Shown here piece after piece: positions 56,001-62,700 of a stretch of 64,000 bases of DNA. Under the pieces are notes generated by a model. That model saw only the letters and a list, made by a program, of their open reading frames with translations, was not told the origin of the DNA and did no database searches. Position numbers and translations under genes: made by a program. The DNA is from a bacterium. Lineage in GTDB: Bacteria > Patescibacteriota > Minisyncoccia > Phycocordibacterales > JBBTRF01. Positions within the stretch are counted from its first letter, which is position 1. Each line of letters begins with the position of its first letter. Where the stretch lies: NCBI GenBank assembly GCA_037130265.1, contig JBAXTI010000002.1, positions 26,870 through 90,869 on the forward strand, given 5' to 3'.

Positions 56001-58466
56001 TTGCAGTCATCGACCGCTCCACAGCTTGCTTTGTCGGCTGGTGCAGGTATAGCACAGTGGGCATTTAGAAATGCCGGTGGCGACCTCTACTTTTCTACCA
56101 CCACCACCGCCGGTACAGCGACCACGAGCACCGCCGCTTTCTCGGTCTCTGGTTCCGGCTTCGGTACCACCACTCTTCGCGGGTTGACCATCTCTGGCCA
56201 GGCAACCTCAACTTCGAATGTCGGCTTCAATCTCACAGCGGGTTGCTTCGCGGTGAACGGCACTTGTGTTGGAAGCAATAATGGTACTTCTCAGTGGACC
56301 ACTACGGGTTCAGATATTTACTACACCACCGGCAAAGTGGGTGTAGGCACCACAACTCCATGGGCTAACTTCTCAGTGGGTACTCATAACCTGGCGATCA
56401 CCACACCGTCTTTCGTGATTGCTTCTTCGTCGGCGGCCCTCGCGACGTCAACTCAGTTTATTGTCACAAATGGCAAGGTCGGAATAGGTACTTCGACTCC
56501 AAACTGGATGCTCCAGGTGGCGAACACCCGTCCGTCCTTTGCGCTTTCTGACACCAATGCCGGTGCCAACTTGAAACACTGGACACTTTCGTCGCAGGGC
56601 GGTAATTTCTACTTTGCAACATCTTCCGATGCGTTGGCAACATCGACCACCCCGGCAGGCATGTTTAATAGCAGTGGTTGGTTTGGTATCGGTACCACCT
56701 CACCATGGGCACCGCTGTCGGTTGCCGGTATTAGTGCGGCTACTTCTTTCTACGCCACCGCGACTACTTCGACTTCTACTATGGCCGGCAGCTTGAATGT
56801 GGGTAACGGTGCGCTCTTCTACGATTATGCCGGTGCGTACACTAGTATCGACAACTTGCAGATCGGTGCGATGGCTTTCGATACCAACGCCGGTGCTGTG
56901 AGCTGGGCAGATATGCCAATCACTTCAGCGGCTGCCGCAAGTACTACGGAAAGCTACACCGCACAGTTGGGAGGTAATGCCGTGCTCACTATCTACGGTG
57001 AAGCTGATGGCGCCGGCGGCGTGAACACCCTCCGTGTTGGTATCGGTACCACCTCTCCGGCTGGTGCTGCGGCTGGTCCGCTCACCATGGCTTCGGGGGC
57101 GTATGTTACTACCGGTGGTACTTGGACCAACGCTTCGAGCCGAGCTGGGAAGGAGAATTTTACAGCACTCGATTCACTTGATGTGTTGCAGAAGATCAAC
57201 GCCCTTGATGTGACCCGATGGAATTACAAGAGTGAGTCAGCAGGTACTACTCATATTGGTCCAGTGGCAGAGGACTTCTACGCTGCGTTTGGTACTGGTA
57301 GTGGTCCAGGTTCTATCTCGACCATCGACCCTTCCGGTGTCGCGCTTATTGGTATACAGGCGCTGTCTCGAGGCTTTGATATCTCTCATGCAGGTACAAC
57401 CACCCCTTCTATTCAGTCACTCTTTGTGGGCACCACCACTCCGGCTCTTTCGATCGACGCTGCTGGCAATATCGGTATCGGTACTTCCTCTCCGGCATAC
57501 AAGCTTCATGTGTTAGGTGATATCGCGGCAACTTCTTTTGTAAATATCAGTACACGTGAGGCCAAGAAGGATATTAGCTATCTCTCAGCAGCGGAAAACG
57601 AAAGCGCACTGAACAAAATAAAGGGCCTCAATGTTGCGACGTATCGATACAATATTGAGTCGGAAAGTAACCCGCTTCGACTGGGTCTCATCGCTGAGGA
57701 GGCACCTGCCGAGATCCTCGCGGCTTCAGGAAAGGGTGTGGATATTTACAAGCTTTCAACCTTTATCCTCGCCGGAGTGAAGGCACAGCAGGTGAAAATC
57801 GAGTCCCTCGAATCTCGAGTCGCGCACCTCGAGGCGGTGCAGGGCGGTGGTTCAACATCGAATGGTGCCGCCGGCATTGCCGAATATCTCAGCTCGATGG
57901 GCGCCCAGCTCTCCGCTTCGGTGTCACGATTCCGCAATGTCCTCGCTGAGTCCCTCACCGTCGGTACTGCCGAGAAGCCATCGGGCATCACTCTCTATGA
58001 CGAAGTCACCAAGCAGCCATACTGCTTGAAGATTTCTGGTGGTGCACCGGTGAGTGTGCCTGGCGAATGTGCTGCAGTATCTGCAGGCGGTACTTCAGGT
58101 ACCACTAATACCACGACAGGCGGGACCACTCCTGGTGGTTCAGGGACTACGACTACTCCAGTGGTAGGTGATACCGTTGCACCGGTCATTACAATCAATG
58201 GCAACAACCCGGCAAATATCGACAAGGGGGCTTCGTATAATGACCTCGGCGTAACCGTGACCGATAATATCGATAATAACCTCGGTATTACCACCACAGG
58301 CGATCAGATAGACACCACCGTTGCAGGCACTTATACTGTTCATTACAGTGCGACAGACGCAGCAGGGAATACCACAAATGCAACTCGCACGGTGATTGTG
58401 TCAGAAGTCTCTGTACCGAGTGCGGCTCCTGATGTCTCTGTGTCTACGAGCACAACTACTCCATAA
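44034..58466 (+). CDS. giant (4810 aa) repeat-rich secreted/anchored surface fibre protein with two tandem peptidase-S74-like intramolecular chaperone segments and a C-terminal DUF5011-like Ig domain
   Basis: It is a single uninterrupted ORF with an N-terminal hydrophobic segment. About 4300 aa of Gly/Thr/Ser/Ala/Asn-rich degenerate repeats follow, built on 'GNVGIGTTSPGxKLSVAGDILGN' and 'WRTLSVNGSSDLGTNALAGYFTATS' modules. A 'LSVANGGTGATS' motif is present. Residues ~4366-4445 (NASSRAGKENF...IGIQAL) and ~4505-4600 (NISTREAKKDI...ESRVAHLE) each carry the S-x-R-x-x-K Ser-Lys dyad pattern and downstream blocks typical of tail-spike chaperone domains. The C-terminus 'VITINGNNPANIDKGASYNDLGVTVTDNID..GTYTVHYSATDAAGNTTNATRTVIV' is DUF5011-like. 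Confidence 0.85.
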   Translation: MKRVFHTISSSVKKAFLVFFLLNFVFSPVFNDILLSSNLGAPLAASVAEAAFNQQINYQGKLTDTSNVAVSNGSYNIEFKLYTSLTGGTAIWTETWCKGTSCSGTGTDSRVTVSNGLFSTMLGSTTALTGVDFNQPLYLGVNIGGSASTPTWDGEMTPRKILGAVPAAFEAKRLNGLNDTQFLRTDTTNATSTASTFITLTQSGAGNILNLVGQGSASVFTALSSGNVGIGTTSPGQKLSVAGDILGNNIIGSYFTATTSTATSTFKGLSATAIAANKYITSDGTFQFTSPYAGTLNVTTQQIGQNAILSATSQTGKIFSFVSNDTLATISTQPGVPLVLNTAGSERIRIGTAGLVGIGTTTPWRTLSVNGSSDLGTNALAGYFTATSSTASVFPYASTTALTVSGTNGLQLASALNGPLQANGGLVSATTSVGVLYGGTGLTSAPSYGQLLMGNASNGYTLSATSSLGLLGSSTVSSLTSSYVPKWGGSAFSNSNLYDDGTNIGIGTTTGLSKLTVNGIARFNSNQDPGDYFYTNGISSDGRIEFRSADNGNGGNQRIFMSSGYSTGCVGFGNSADSASNNSLSCGGSTGNSIVATPGALSMVSVNIGGIPGVGTTKGLNIATPYSASGISTSSNSMVDISTFSVIANAATGQRPGIHFTALQYAFGVGDTYAGAGDGYSTRAMTIASSTEIGIGTSTPYAKLSLLGTSATMSTFALVPKASQTANILDIYNTASTPVLTSVITAAGKWGIGTTSPGQMLSVGGDILGNVHIGTYFTATSTAVASTFPYASTTALSVSGASYFTGLSTFANLLATGSSTLQNLTFINATGTNATTTNFFATTASSTNLFASNLAVGGNVLTTSGGNVGIGTASPNAKLHVSAPLDDLAPPALGTISANTSAYFTNQNPLYGLMVGSLTGGPTYLQVQRTDSATAYSLLLNPNAGNVGIGTTSPATTLSVAGSGYFTTGIGAGVLNTTTGTIKASVSYDTSDSTGLYKINGSTMLSASTTNANYFFGTSPATLQTTFSGTNNFGLGLNDLNANTTGSGNVAMGRDAMLANTTGATNVAIGYLAFRNATTSGSDNVAIGNLALAGTASVANTGSNNVAIGPSALFANTSGASNVAIGPSALASNTTGQFNIGIGNQAMTSNAAGQNNTVLGVSSMKYTKTGNYNVAIGTSANQYNMSATSTTIVGEEAAQGVNNVSYFQNVTALGYRSLYAITTADDTTAVGYGSGGSVTSGVQNTFVGSNSGGGVTTGSGNTLIGYNTTATGATISNAIAIGSGASVGCSNCAVLGGTSGSAVIVGVGTSTPYAKLSIQNGVAATTTMALVPAALQTANILDIYNTASTPVLTSVITSAGKWGIGTTSPGQMLSVGGDILGNVHIGTYFTATSTTVASTFPYASTTALSVSGASYFTGLATLGNASTTQIGSTGSAYFVTSGTGSVGIGTTSPATTLSVVGSIYNTGGIGVGKLNTTANTIDLGVGATGATSGLYKINGTTVVSASSTLSNFFFGTLPPTLSTTMTGSNNNGIGAGALNSLTTGLENNAIGVNAAANLTTGQYNIAIGRDAMLANTVGNRNIAIGYLADRNATSSSVDNIMIGQSAGAGVAASGRISTSIGNIGIGNSSLKLVTSGTYNTAVGYGTASNLADGSQNMFFGAFSGAAMTSGGGNAAIGYNAMGLTTSGSNNLAVGTNSLMGNITGIRNVCVGTGCSQYNQSATSTVAIGYAAAQGSSNYSAQGIVAIGDAALSSVTTASDYNTAIGYQAGYSNANGTGNTYIGASAGVNNTSGSNNIMIGRATDFAGNISYYMNIGNFLYATSTTAGSAFGSFGIATTTPSARFSIKGLGTGTGRLLAFSDSSNVERLTMFDNGNVGIGTTSPWRTLSVNGSSDLGTNALAGYFTATSTTASTLPYASTTALSVSGASYFTGLSTFANLLATGSTTLQNFTFVNATGTSATTTNFFATTASSTNLFASTANLNAATIGTTLGVTGATTLSSTLNVTGLTTLGNASTTQIGSTGSAYFATSGGNVGIGTTSPGSKLDVNGDINANTYYRYKGGIFVNASSTKQNMFVGMGAGNLTTTGIGNTAIGYNSGAALTTQNASINPFPVQADTFIGTNAGAANTSGDSNVFVGYNAGAVNTCGRSTVAIGAYAGASYVSEPGCPDIENGLNVFIGSAAGQYITAGLHNVFIGEDTGLLMQSGSNNTFLGSHAGTGILTGNESTYIGGSAGDFASTTGDGNIGIGVRSALYLDGSAQYNVFLGNGAGAGTEANPNVASFNTAVGTGAGYLLTTATGATFLGYQAGLQVTTGYSNTLVGYQAGWNLVSGVNNTFLGYQAGYNTTGSANIFLGDQAGASNTTGSNQFVAGGDHANYLISDVYFGRGINSATPSTYTIHGTGGLGTNITGGDINIAGGAGTGSGVGGNIIFQTSNTGSSGTTLNTLSEKIRITNSGKIGIGTTTPWRTLSVNGSSDLGTNALAGYFTATSTTASTLPYASTTALSVSGASYFTGLSTFANLLATGSSTLQNFTFVNATGTSATTTNFFATTASSTNLFASTATFNAASIGTTLSVTGLTTLGNASTTQIGSTGSAYFATSGGNVGIGTTTPDGNLTVYNPSGASTVDIMGSSAGSLLRISQGSTLAQGTIDLGVHSPQAGLFRSGGTSGFVAYDTGTGDTILNNVFGGSSLLRLNYGGTTALAINSSGNVGIGTTSPGQKLSVAGDILGNVHIGTYFTATSTAVASTFPYASTTALSVSGASYFTGLSTFANLLATGSTTLQNFTFVNATGTNATTTNFFATTASSTNLFASTATLNTASIANTLNVTGLTTLGNASTTQIGSTGSAYFATSGGNVGIGTTSPTTALLAIQNSSGHSFDIFSTANGSAGTAMTINVNTSSAKALQINSNTTDTPITVTHVDPGNVRNADIFGINISETLNSIGNIGANDYKYGGGNFEVTQNASPATAKDVFGVRGVSTANNVNFTAYGGYFSGNSTNGTAYGVYSAAGKNYFNGNLGIGTTTPGQKLSVAGDILGNNIIGSYFTATSTTASSTLNSALGIGTTTPSARLAITGYGTADTGRAFAIANSSNAEKLYVTDSGKTRFSNFVAINSDPSTNNGTGATLYVKQTTGSTGFPFQVVNTSDTNLFSVDTSGNTNTAGSVTASANGFITSSSGGAAFLRLTHTSGRSFEVRSNSSSYFSIYDATASADRLVVAGIGTVGIGTTTPYAQLSIVSGAAATTTLALKPAASQTANILDIYSNDATPVLKSVITAAGKFGLGTTSPWRTLSVNGSSDLGTNALAGYFTATSSTASVFTYASTTAISASGSAYFATSGGNVGIGTTSPWRTLSVNGSSDLGTNALAGSFTATSTTATSTFAGFIDVNGTGSNATSTFASNLWVKGAMKIGTNSIYLNGAATSTFGAGINLTTGCFSVNGTCVGGSSAAVAIGSAITGGTAGSALFVDVSGNIAQDNTNFFWDNSSKYLGIQTATPGYPLDVNGTAHATTLNAGTITDGAGFTVTGGTIGGGVWNGTAIGTTYGGTGINSSGSTGVAQISSGTWSVGAIDISSSSNVTGTLSVANGGTGATSYTAGSITFSDGTNLTQDNANLFWNNSSKYLGIQTATPGYPLDVNGTAHATTLNAGTITDGAGFTVTGGTIGGGVWNGTAIGTTYGGTGINSSGSTGVAQISSGTWSVGAIDISSSSNVTGTLSVANGGTGATSYTAGSITFSDGTNLTQDNANLFWNNSTKALGIGDTAPGAKLSVVGNASIGYATGQTAPTNGLLVAGSVGIATTSPSLATFTVEGGSGATTAFFTGSVNSYQEVLNQNRSNGTSASTDFVAVNNIGNASSYYVNLGINSSGNADPSYTLFSANDAYLYSSDSALNLGTASTTNTNAVIKFFTAGTVAGKERARFSSTGNFGIGTTSPGQLLSVAGDILGNNIIGSYFTATSTTATSTLAGGFTMGSSGLNAYANGKVGIGTTTPQWLLNLQSSTAPQLALSAGAGIAQWAFRNAGGDLYFSTTTTAGTATTSTAAFSVSGSGFGTTTLRGLTISGQATSTSNVGFNLTAGCFAVNGTCVGSNNGTSQWTTTGSDIYYTTGKVGVGTTTPWANFSVGTHNLAITTPSFVIASSSAALATSTQFIVTNGKVGIGTSTPNWMLQVANTRPSFALSDTNAGANLKHWTLSSQGGNFYFATSSDALATSTTPAGMFNSSGWFGIGTTSPWAPLSVAGISAATSFYATATTSTSTMAGSLNVGNGALFYDYAGAYTSIDNLQIGAMAFDTNAGAVSWADMPITSAAAASTTESYTAQLGGNAVLTIYGEADGAGGVNTLRVGIGTTSPAGAAAGPLTMASGAYVTTGGTWTNASSRAGKENFTALDSLDVLQKINALDVTRWNYKSESAGTTHIGPVAEDFYAAFGTGSGPGSISTIDPSGVALIGIQALSRGFDISHAGTTTPSIQSLFVGTTTPALSIDAAGNIGIGTSSPAYKLHVLGDIAATSFVNISTREAKKDISYLSAAENESALNKIKGLNVATYRYNIESESNPLRLGLIAEEAPAEILAASGKGVDIYKLSTFILAGVKAQQVKIESLESRVAHLEAVQGGGSTSNGAAGIAEYLSSMGAQLSASVSRFRNVLAESLTVGTAEKPSGITLYDEVTKQPYCLKISGGAPVSVPGECAAVSAGGTSGTTNTTTGGTTPGGSGTTTTPVVGDTVAPVITINGNNPANIDKGASYNDLGVTVTDNIDNNLGITTTGDQIDTTVAGTYTVHYSATDAAGNTTNATRTVIVSEVSVPSAAPDVSVSTSTTTP
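54468..55267 (+). repeat. perfect tandem duplication of a ~399-bp (133-codon) unit inside the giant ORF
   Basis: The two ORF-track entries 54577-54888 and 54976-55326 have identical translations offset by exactly 399 nt. Direct comparison shows sequence identity from about 54468 to about 55267. Confidence 0.8.
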
Positions 58467-58471
58467 TCCAC

Positions 58472-60565
58472 ATGCACACTTACTTCTCTAAAATTTGTTT
58501 CGGCGTCAGTCTCACGGTTCTTTTATTGTGCAGTGTGGTTCCTGTGTATGGAGCTGCAAAAATCAATACACCAGTGACTGGTCAAATGAATACAGGGCTT
58601 GTTGGGTACTGGACATTCGATGCTCCTGATACGAGTTTTGTATCGAATACTGTTACTGACAAGTCGGGAAGTGGTAATACCGGAACAATGATCAGTATGG
58701 CTACAAGCACCTCACGAGTCCTCGGCAAGCTTGGACAGGCACTCTCTTTTGATGGGGTGGCGAAATATATCTCATTGCCAAATCTCGATAGGCAGGCCCC
58801 TTTGTCCATCGCTTTTTGGACAAAAAGAGGGAGAACCGGGCAGGCGAGTGACAACATTATTGGGGGGAGTTGCGGATCGTGGGGGATTGGATTCAATGCA
58901 AATAATACACTTTTTTTGACAAACACGTGCGTGAATGTCGCAAACTCAACGGGTACTATTGCGGATACTACAAAATGGCATCATGTAGTCGTCACCTACG
59001 ATGGTTCGAATGCTCGTTTTTATTTCGACGGAGCTCTGGATTCTTCTCCGGTGTATGCAAGCGGTACGTTCAATAGTAGTGCGGTGGCGTATACGATTGG
59101 CAGAGTAAATGTTACTGCCTATTACAAGGGTTCGCTCGATGATGTGCGTGTGTACAGTAAAGTTTTGAGTCAGAGAGAGGTGACCACTTTGTATACACTT
59201 GGCCAAGAAACCATCCAGAAGTCACAGAATAATAAGGTGACTAGCGGCCTGACGCATCTGTGGACATTTGATGGTGCTGATCTCAATACAATTACAAAAA
59301 CCGTGTATGATCGAGCTGGGACCACCAACGGTACTATTGTGGCTTTGGCGACAAGTACTCAGTTGGTAAACGGCGCTCTTGGTCAGGCTTTTAATTTTAA
59401 TGGAACTAGTCAGTATGCTTCTTTAGCCGATATTAATACAGCCCTTAATCCACCGGCAAGTATTGCTCTATGGATAAAGCGCGGACAAACCAGCGCTGCC
59501 GCTGATGAGGGTATAATCGGGTACTCCGGTTCTGGATGCACCGGTCAAAATGTGTGGGGGGTCGGTATTGCTTCTGGAGCGAATGCGAATAAACCATTTC
59601 TTACTGAGGTTGGTATTGGCGCGCAGTATCCAACAGGCACTATTACCGATCGTAATTGGCATCATTTGGTACTAACGCTAGATGGTACGAATATTCGTTT
59701 CTATATTGATGGAGTTTTGGACTCCACGGTGGCAAATGCTACTACCTTTACCTGCGTTGCTTCTTCTGCGTTTGCCATTGGAACAGTTAATACTAGTGGT
59801 TGGTACAAGGGAGCGGTCGATGACATCCGTATGTATAATAGAGTTTTGTCTGCGAATGAGGTTAAAAGTCTCTATTCGATTGGTAAATCTACCATCCAGA
59901 AATCACAGAATACAAAGGTAAATACGGGGCTTGTTGGACTATGGTCTTTTGATGGGGCAGACATGACTTCAACTGTAGCCACCGACCGAAGTGGCAATGG
60001 TTATAATGGCACACTCACGAACATGACCCTCAAGAATGTAGTCACCCCAGGAAAGATTGGCCAGGCTCTCCAGTTTCAAGGTGGTTCGGCGTATATACTC
60101 ACCGCTAACGATATTATGAGTAATCCGACCGGTCTAACGATCGCATTTTGGATGAAGTCGGCCACTATCCCTGCATCAACCCAACGCGTGTTCTCCGTTG
60201 AAGGAGCTTACGTGATCACTCTGACCACGGCCGGCAAACTGCAGGGCATTGTGGATGGTGCAGAAGCCGAGTACGCGCAGACTTCTGTTATCAGCGATAA
60301 CAAGTGGCACCACGTCGCGTTTACGCATAATGGCGCAATTGCGGGTGGAAGGATCTATGTCGATGGGGTGGCGAGTAGTACGTTTACGGGTTCCTCGTAT
60401 AGTGGATTCTATAATATTAACTCTCTGACACGCCCTGTCGCCATCGGTGGAAATGTTTCCCCGAACCCCATCTCGCCATTTATTGGCTCGCTCGACGATG
60501 TTCGGCTGTATAATAGAGTCATCACCAATGCAGAGATCACTCGTCTCTATAGCATAGGAAAATAA
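58472..60565 (+). CDS. secreted protein with three tandem LamG-like (concanavalin A-like lectin/glucanase, Laminin_G_3-type) domains
   Basis: A signal peptide is present. Three repeats each begin 'GL(V/T)G(Y/L)W(T/S)FDGAD' and end 'DDVR(V/M)Y(S/N)(K/R)VLS..E(V/I)..LY'. It lies 5 nt after the giant ORF stop. Confidence 0.8.
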   Translation: MHTYFSKICFGVSLTVLLLCSVVPVYGAAKINTPVTGQMNTGLVGYWTFDAPDTSFVSNTVTDKSGSGNTGTMISMATSTSRVLGKLGQALSFDGVAKYISLPNLDRQAPLSIAFWTKRGRTGQASDNIIGGSCGSWGIGFNANNTLFLTNTCVNVANSTGTIADTTKWHHVVVTYDGSNARFYFDGALDSSPVYASGTFNSSAVAYTIGRVNVTAYYKGSLDDVRVYSKVLSQREVTTLYTLGQETIQKSQNNKVTSGLTHLWTFDGADLNTITKTVYDRAGTTNGTIVALATSTQLVNGALGQAFNFNGTSQYASLADINTALNPPASIALWIKRGQTSAAADEGIIGYSGSGCTGQNVWGVGIASGANANKPFLTEVGIGAQYPTGTITDRNWHHLVLTLDGTNIRFYIDGVLDSTVANATTFTCVASSAFAIGTVNTSGWYKGAVDDIRMYNRVLSANEVKSLYSIGKSTIQKSQNTKVNTGLVGLWSFDGADMTSTVATDRSGNGYNGTLTNMTLKNVVTPGKIGQALQFQGGSAYILTANDIMSNPTGLTIAFWMKSATIPASTQRVFSVEGAYVITLTTAGKLQGIVDGAEAEYAQTSVISDNKWHHVAFTHNGAIAGGRIYVDGVASSTFTGSSYSGFYNINSLTRPVAIGGNVSPNPISPFIGSLDDVRLYNRVITNAEITRLYSIGK

Positions 60566-60589
60566 ATTACGCACGTTTGAAGAAAACAC

Positions 60590-60598
60590 TGCTATAAT
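60590..60598 (+). promoter_or_regulatory. extended -10 element TGCTATAAT upstream of the second LamG gene
   Basis: Read directly. It lies 13 nt before ATG 60612. An identical 12-mer, CTGCTATAATTA, sits at 62690-62701. Confidence 0.35.
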
Positions 60599-60611
60599 TA
60601 ATTCCACTCTA

Positions 60612-62687
60612 ATGATCAGAGAGACTTACAAAAATTCCTCACCTCTGGCAGTTTTATTCCTGCTCGGGACCATTTTCTTGCCGATTTTTGCCCACGCATC
60701 AGCGAAGGTGAATGTCTTGGCTCGACCGAAAAACACCTCAGGCCTCATAGGGTATTGGTCTCTGAATGGTGCGGATATGAACGCTACAACTGCATTCGAT
60801 CGTAGTGGAAATGGATACGACGGGACTTTTCAAGCCATGGGCCTCAGGAATGTTATATCGGGAAAAGTCGGACAAGCTCTTTCTTTCGATGGTTCAACTG
60901 CGTATATTTCACTTCCGAACCTTGATCGTCAAGCACCTCTTACGTGGTCATTTTGGGTAAAGCGAGCAAGATTGGGCCAGGCGAACGAGGATTTTTTTGG
61001 CGGTGACAGTAGTGGTGCGTGGGGTTTTGGATTCAATGCTGACAATACGATGTTTCTTACAAACGTCGGAATTAACAGCGTGAGTTCGACTGGTGCCATT
61101 GCAGATACAGACTGGCACCATATTGTGGTGACGTATGATGGATCAGACGTCAGTTTTTATTTTGATGGAGTTTTGGACTCGGCGCTGAGCTATTCCAGCG
61201 GCACGTATAATAGTAGCGGTGCCGCATATGCAATCGGCAGGGTGAATGTCAGTGCATATTTTGAGGGTAGGCTTGATGAAGTGCGCATGTATGATCGTGT
61301 ATTGGCTGCCCCCGAGGTGAGGACTTTGTATCAGGACTCGGCAGCGAAAATTTTAGGTCCATCGTCTGGGAACTCTAATGTGTCTAGTGGTCTTATTGGT
61401 TTTTGGTCTTTCAATAAGGAGGATGTGGTAAATGGAGCGCTTGTCGATCGAAGTATTTCGGGAAATACAGCATATCTTCAAAATATTGCTACTTCAACGG
61501 TTTACAGCGCTGGTCGTATTGGGCGAGGCCTTACTTTTGATGGTTCTGATGACTATGCGGTGACAGGCGCTACGACCTGGGGTATTACGAACACTCTTTC
61601 GATGTCTGCGTGGATTAAGACAACGGCTAATGCTGTTTCGATCGCTGAGCTTGGGCGCGTCACTGTCTTGGACGAGGCTTTGCTGTACATTCATAATAAC
61701 AGTGCGGCAATCTTCTTTTCTCAAGGGGCTGGTGTATATACTGGAGTATATGGTTCTAGGCAGGTCAATGACGGTCAGTGGCATCACGTGGTCGCTGTTT
61801 CGACTGGGCCAAGTATTGCCTGTGCAAATGTAAGGATATATGTGGACGGTGTTCGTGATACTGAGAATTGTATTACTGAAAATGTGTCGAGTCTAAGTGA
61901 CGCATCGCCACGCAGATTCTTTATTGGTTGGCGAGCTTGGGGTGGTGGTACCTCTGAGATATACAATGGTAGTGTCGATGACGTGCGTCTGTATGGTCGT
62001 GCGATAAGTGCTAGTGAAGCTCTGCAGCTGTACCGCATGGGAATTACTACAAAAGCCAATGTTTCGCAGAATACTAAGGGTCGTAACGGTCTCGTGGGTC
62101 TATGGTCTTTTGACGGGGCCGATATGGTGGCCGGGACAACAGCGTATGATAGGAGTGGTAATGGGTATGATGGCATATTGAGTGGTCTGTCTGCTCCGAA
62201 GATTGGCGTGGGAAAAATTGGTCAAGCGCTTCGGCTGCATGGGACGAGCGGTTATGTAAGTGTCTCCAATCTCGATATGAACACCTTAAGTACTTTTGGT
62301 TGGATTAACACGACTGTAGTGGGCAATCAGGTTATCGTGGCGACTCTGGCAAATGGTGGGTGGTCATTCTTCCTAGGGGCAGGTAATAACCTCACATTTC
62401 TCAAGAGAGGTATCGGTGGGGTGACTTCAAGTGCTACTATCGGGACTAATGGCTGGCATTATGTCGGGGTTACCTATGATGGTGCGACGGCAAAATTTTA
62501 CATCGACGGTGTTTTGGATAGTTCAAATGCCTATAGTCAGACATTCAACAATGGCTCCGTTGGGTACGGTTTGGGTGGTATTGAGATCGGTGGATACACC
62601 GTCACTGGCCGACTTGATGATGTTCGCGTCTATAATAGGGTCCTCACGGCGAGCGAAATTAGAACGATGTATAACCAAGCTAAATAA
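60612..62687 (+). CDS. secreted triple LamG-like domain protein, paralog of 58472-60565
   Basis: It has the same signal peptide plus three-repeat organisation (GLIGYWSLNGADM..., DDVRLYGRAISASE..., DDVRVYNRVLTASEIRTMY). Confidence 0.8.
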   Translation: MIRETYKNSSPLAVLFLLGTIFLPIFAHASAKVNVLARPKNTSGLIGYWSLNGADMNATTAFDRSGNGYDGTFQAMGLRNVISGKVGQALSFDGSTAYISLPNLDRQAPLTWSFWVKRARLGQANEDFFGGDSSGAWGFGFNADNTMFLTNVGINSVSSTGAIADTDWHHIVVTYDGSDVSFYFDGVLDSALSYSSGTYNSSGAAYAIGRVNVSAYFEGRLDEVRMYDRVLAAPEVRTLYQDSAAKILGPSSGNSNVSSGLIGFWSFNKEDVVNGALVDRSISGNTAYLQNIATSTVYSAGRIGRGLTFDGSDDYAVTGATTWGITNTLSMSAWIKTTANAVSIAELGRVTVLDEALLYIHNNSAAIFFSQGAGVYTGVYGSRQVNDGQWHHVVAVSTGPSIACANVRIYVDGVRDTENCITENVSSLSDASPRRFFIGWRAWGGGTSEIYNGSVDDVRLYGRAISASEALQLYRMGITTKANVSQNTKGRNGLVGLWSFDGADMVAGTTAYDRSGNGYDGILSGLSAPKIGVGKIGQALRLHGTSGYVSVSNLDMNTLSTFGWINTTVVGNQVIVATLANGGWSFFLGAGNNLTFLKRGIGGVTSSATIGTNGWHYVGVTYDGATAKFYIDGVLDSSNAYSQTFNNGSVGYGLGGIEIGGYTVTGRLDDVRVYNRVLTASEIRTMYNQAK

Positions 62688-62700
62688 TTCTGCTATAATT

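Noticed and set aside
44034-58466. CRISPR array or mobile-element repeats as an explanation for the extensive repetition at 45-55 kb
   Set aside because: Repeats are in-frame coding repeats of variable length within one continuous ORF. There are no short identical repeats with unique spacers, no cas genes, and no transposase or inverted terminal repeats.
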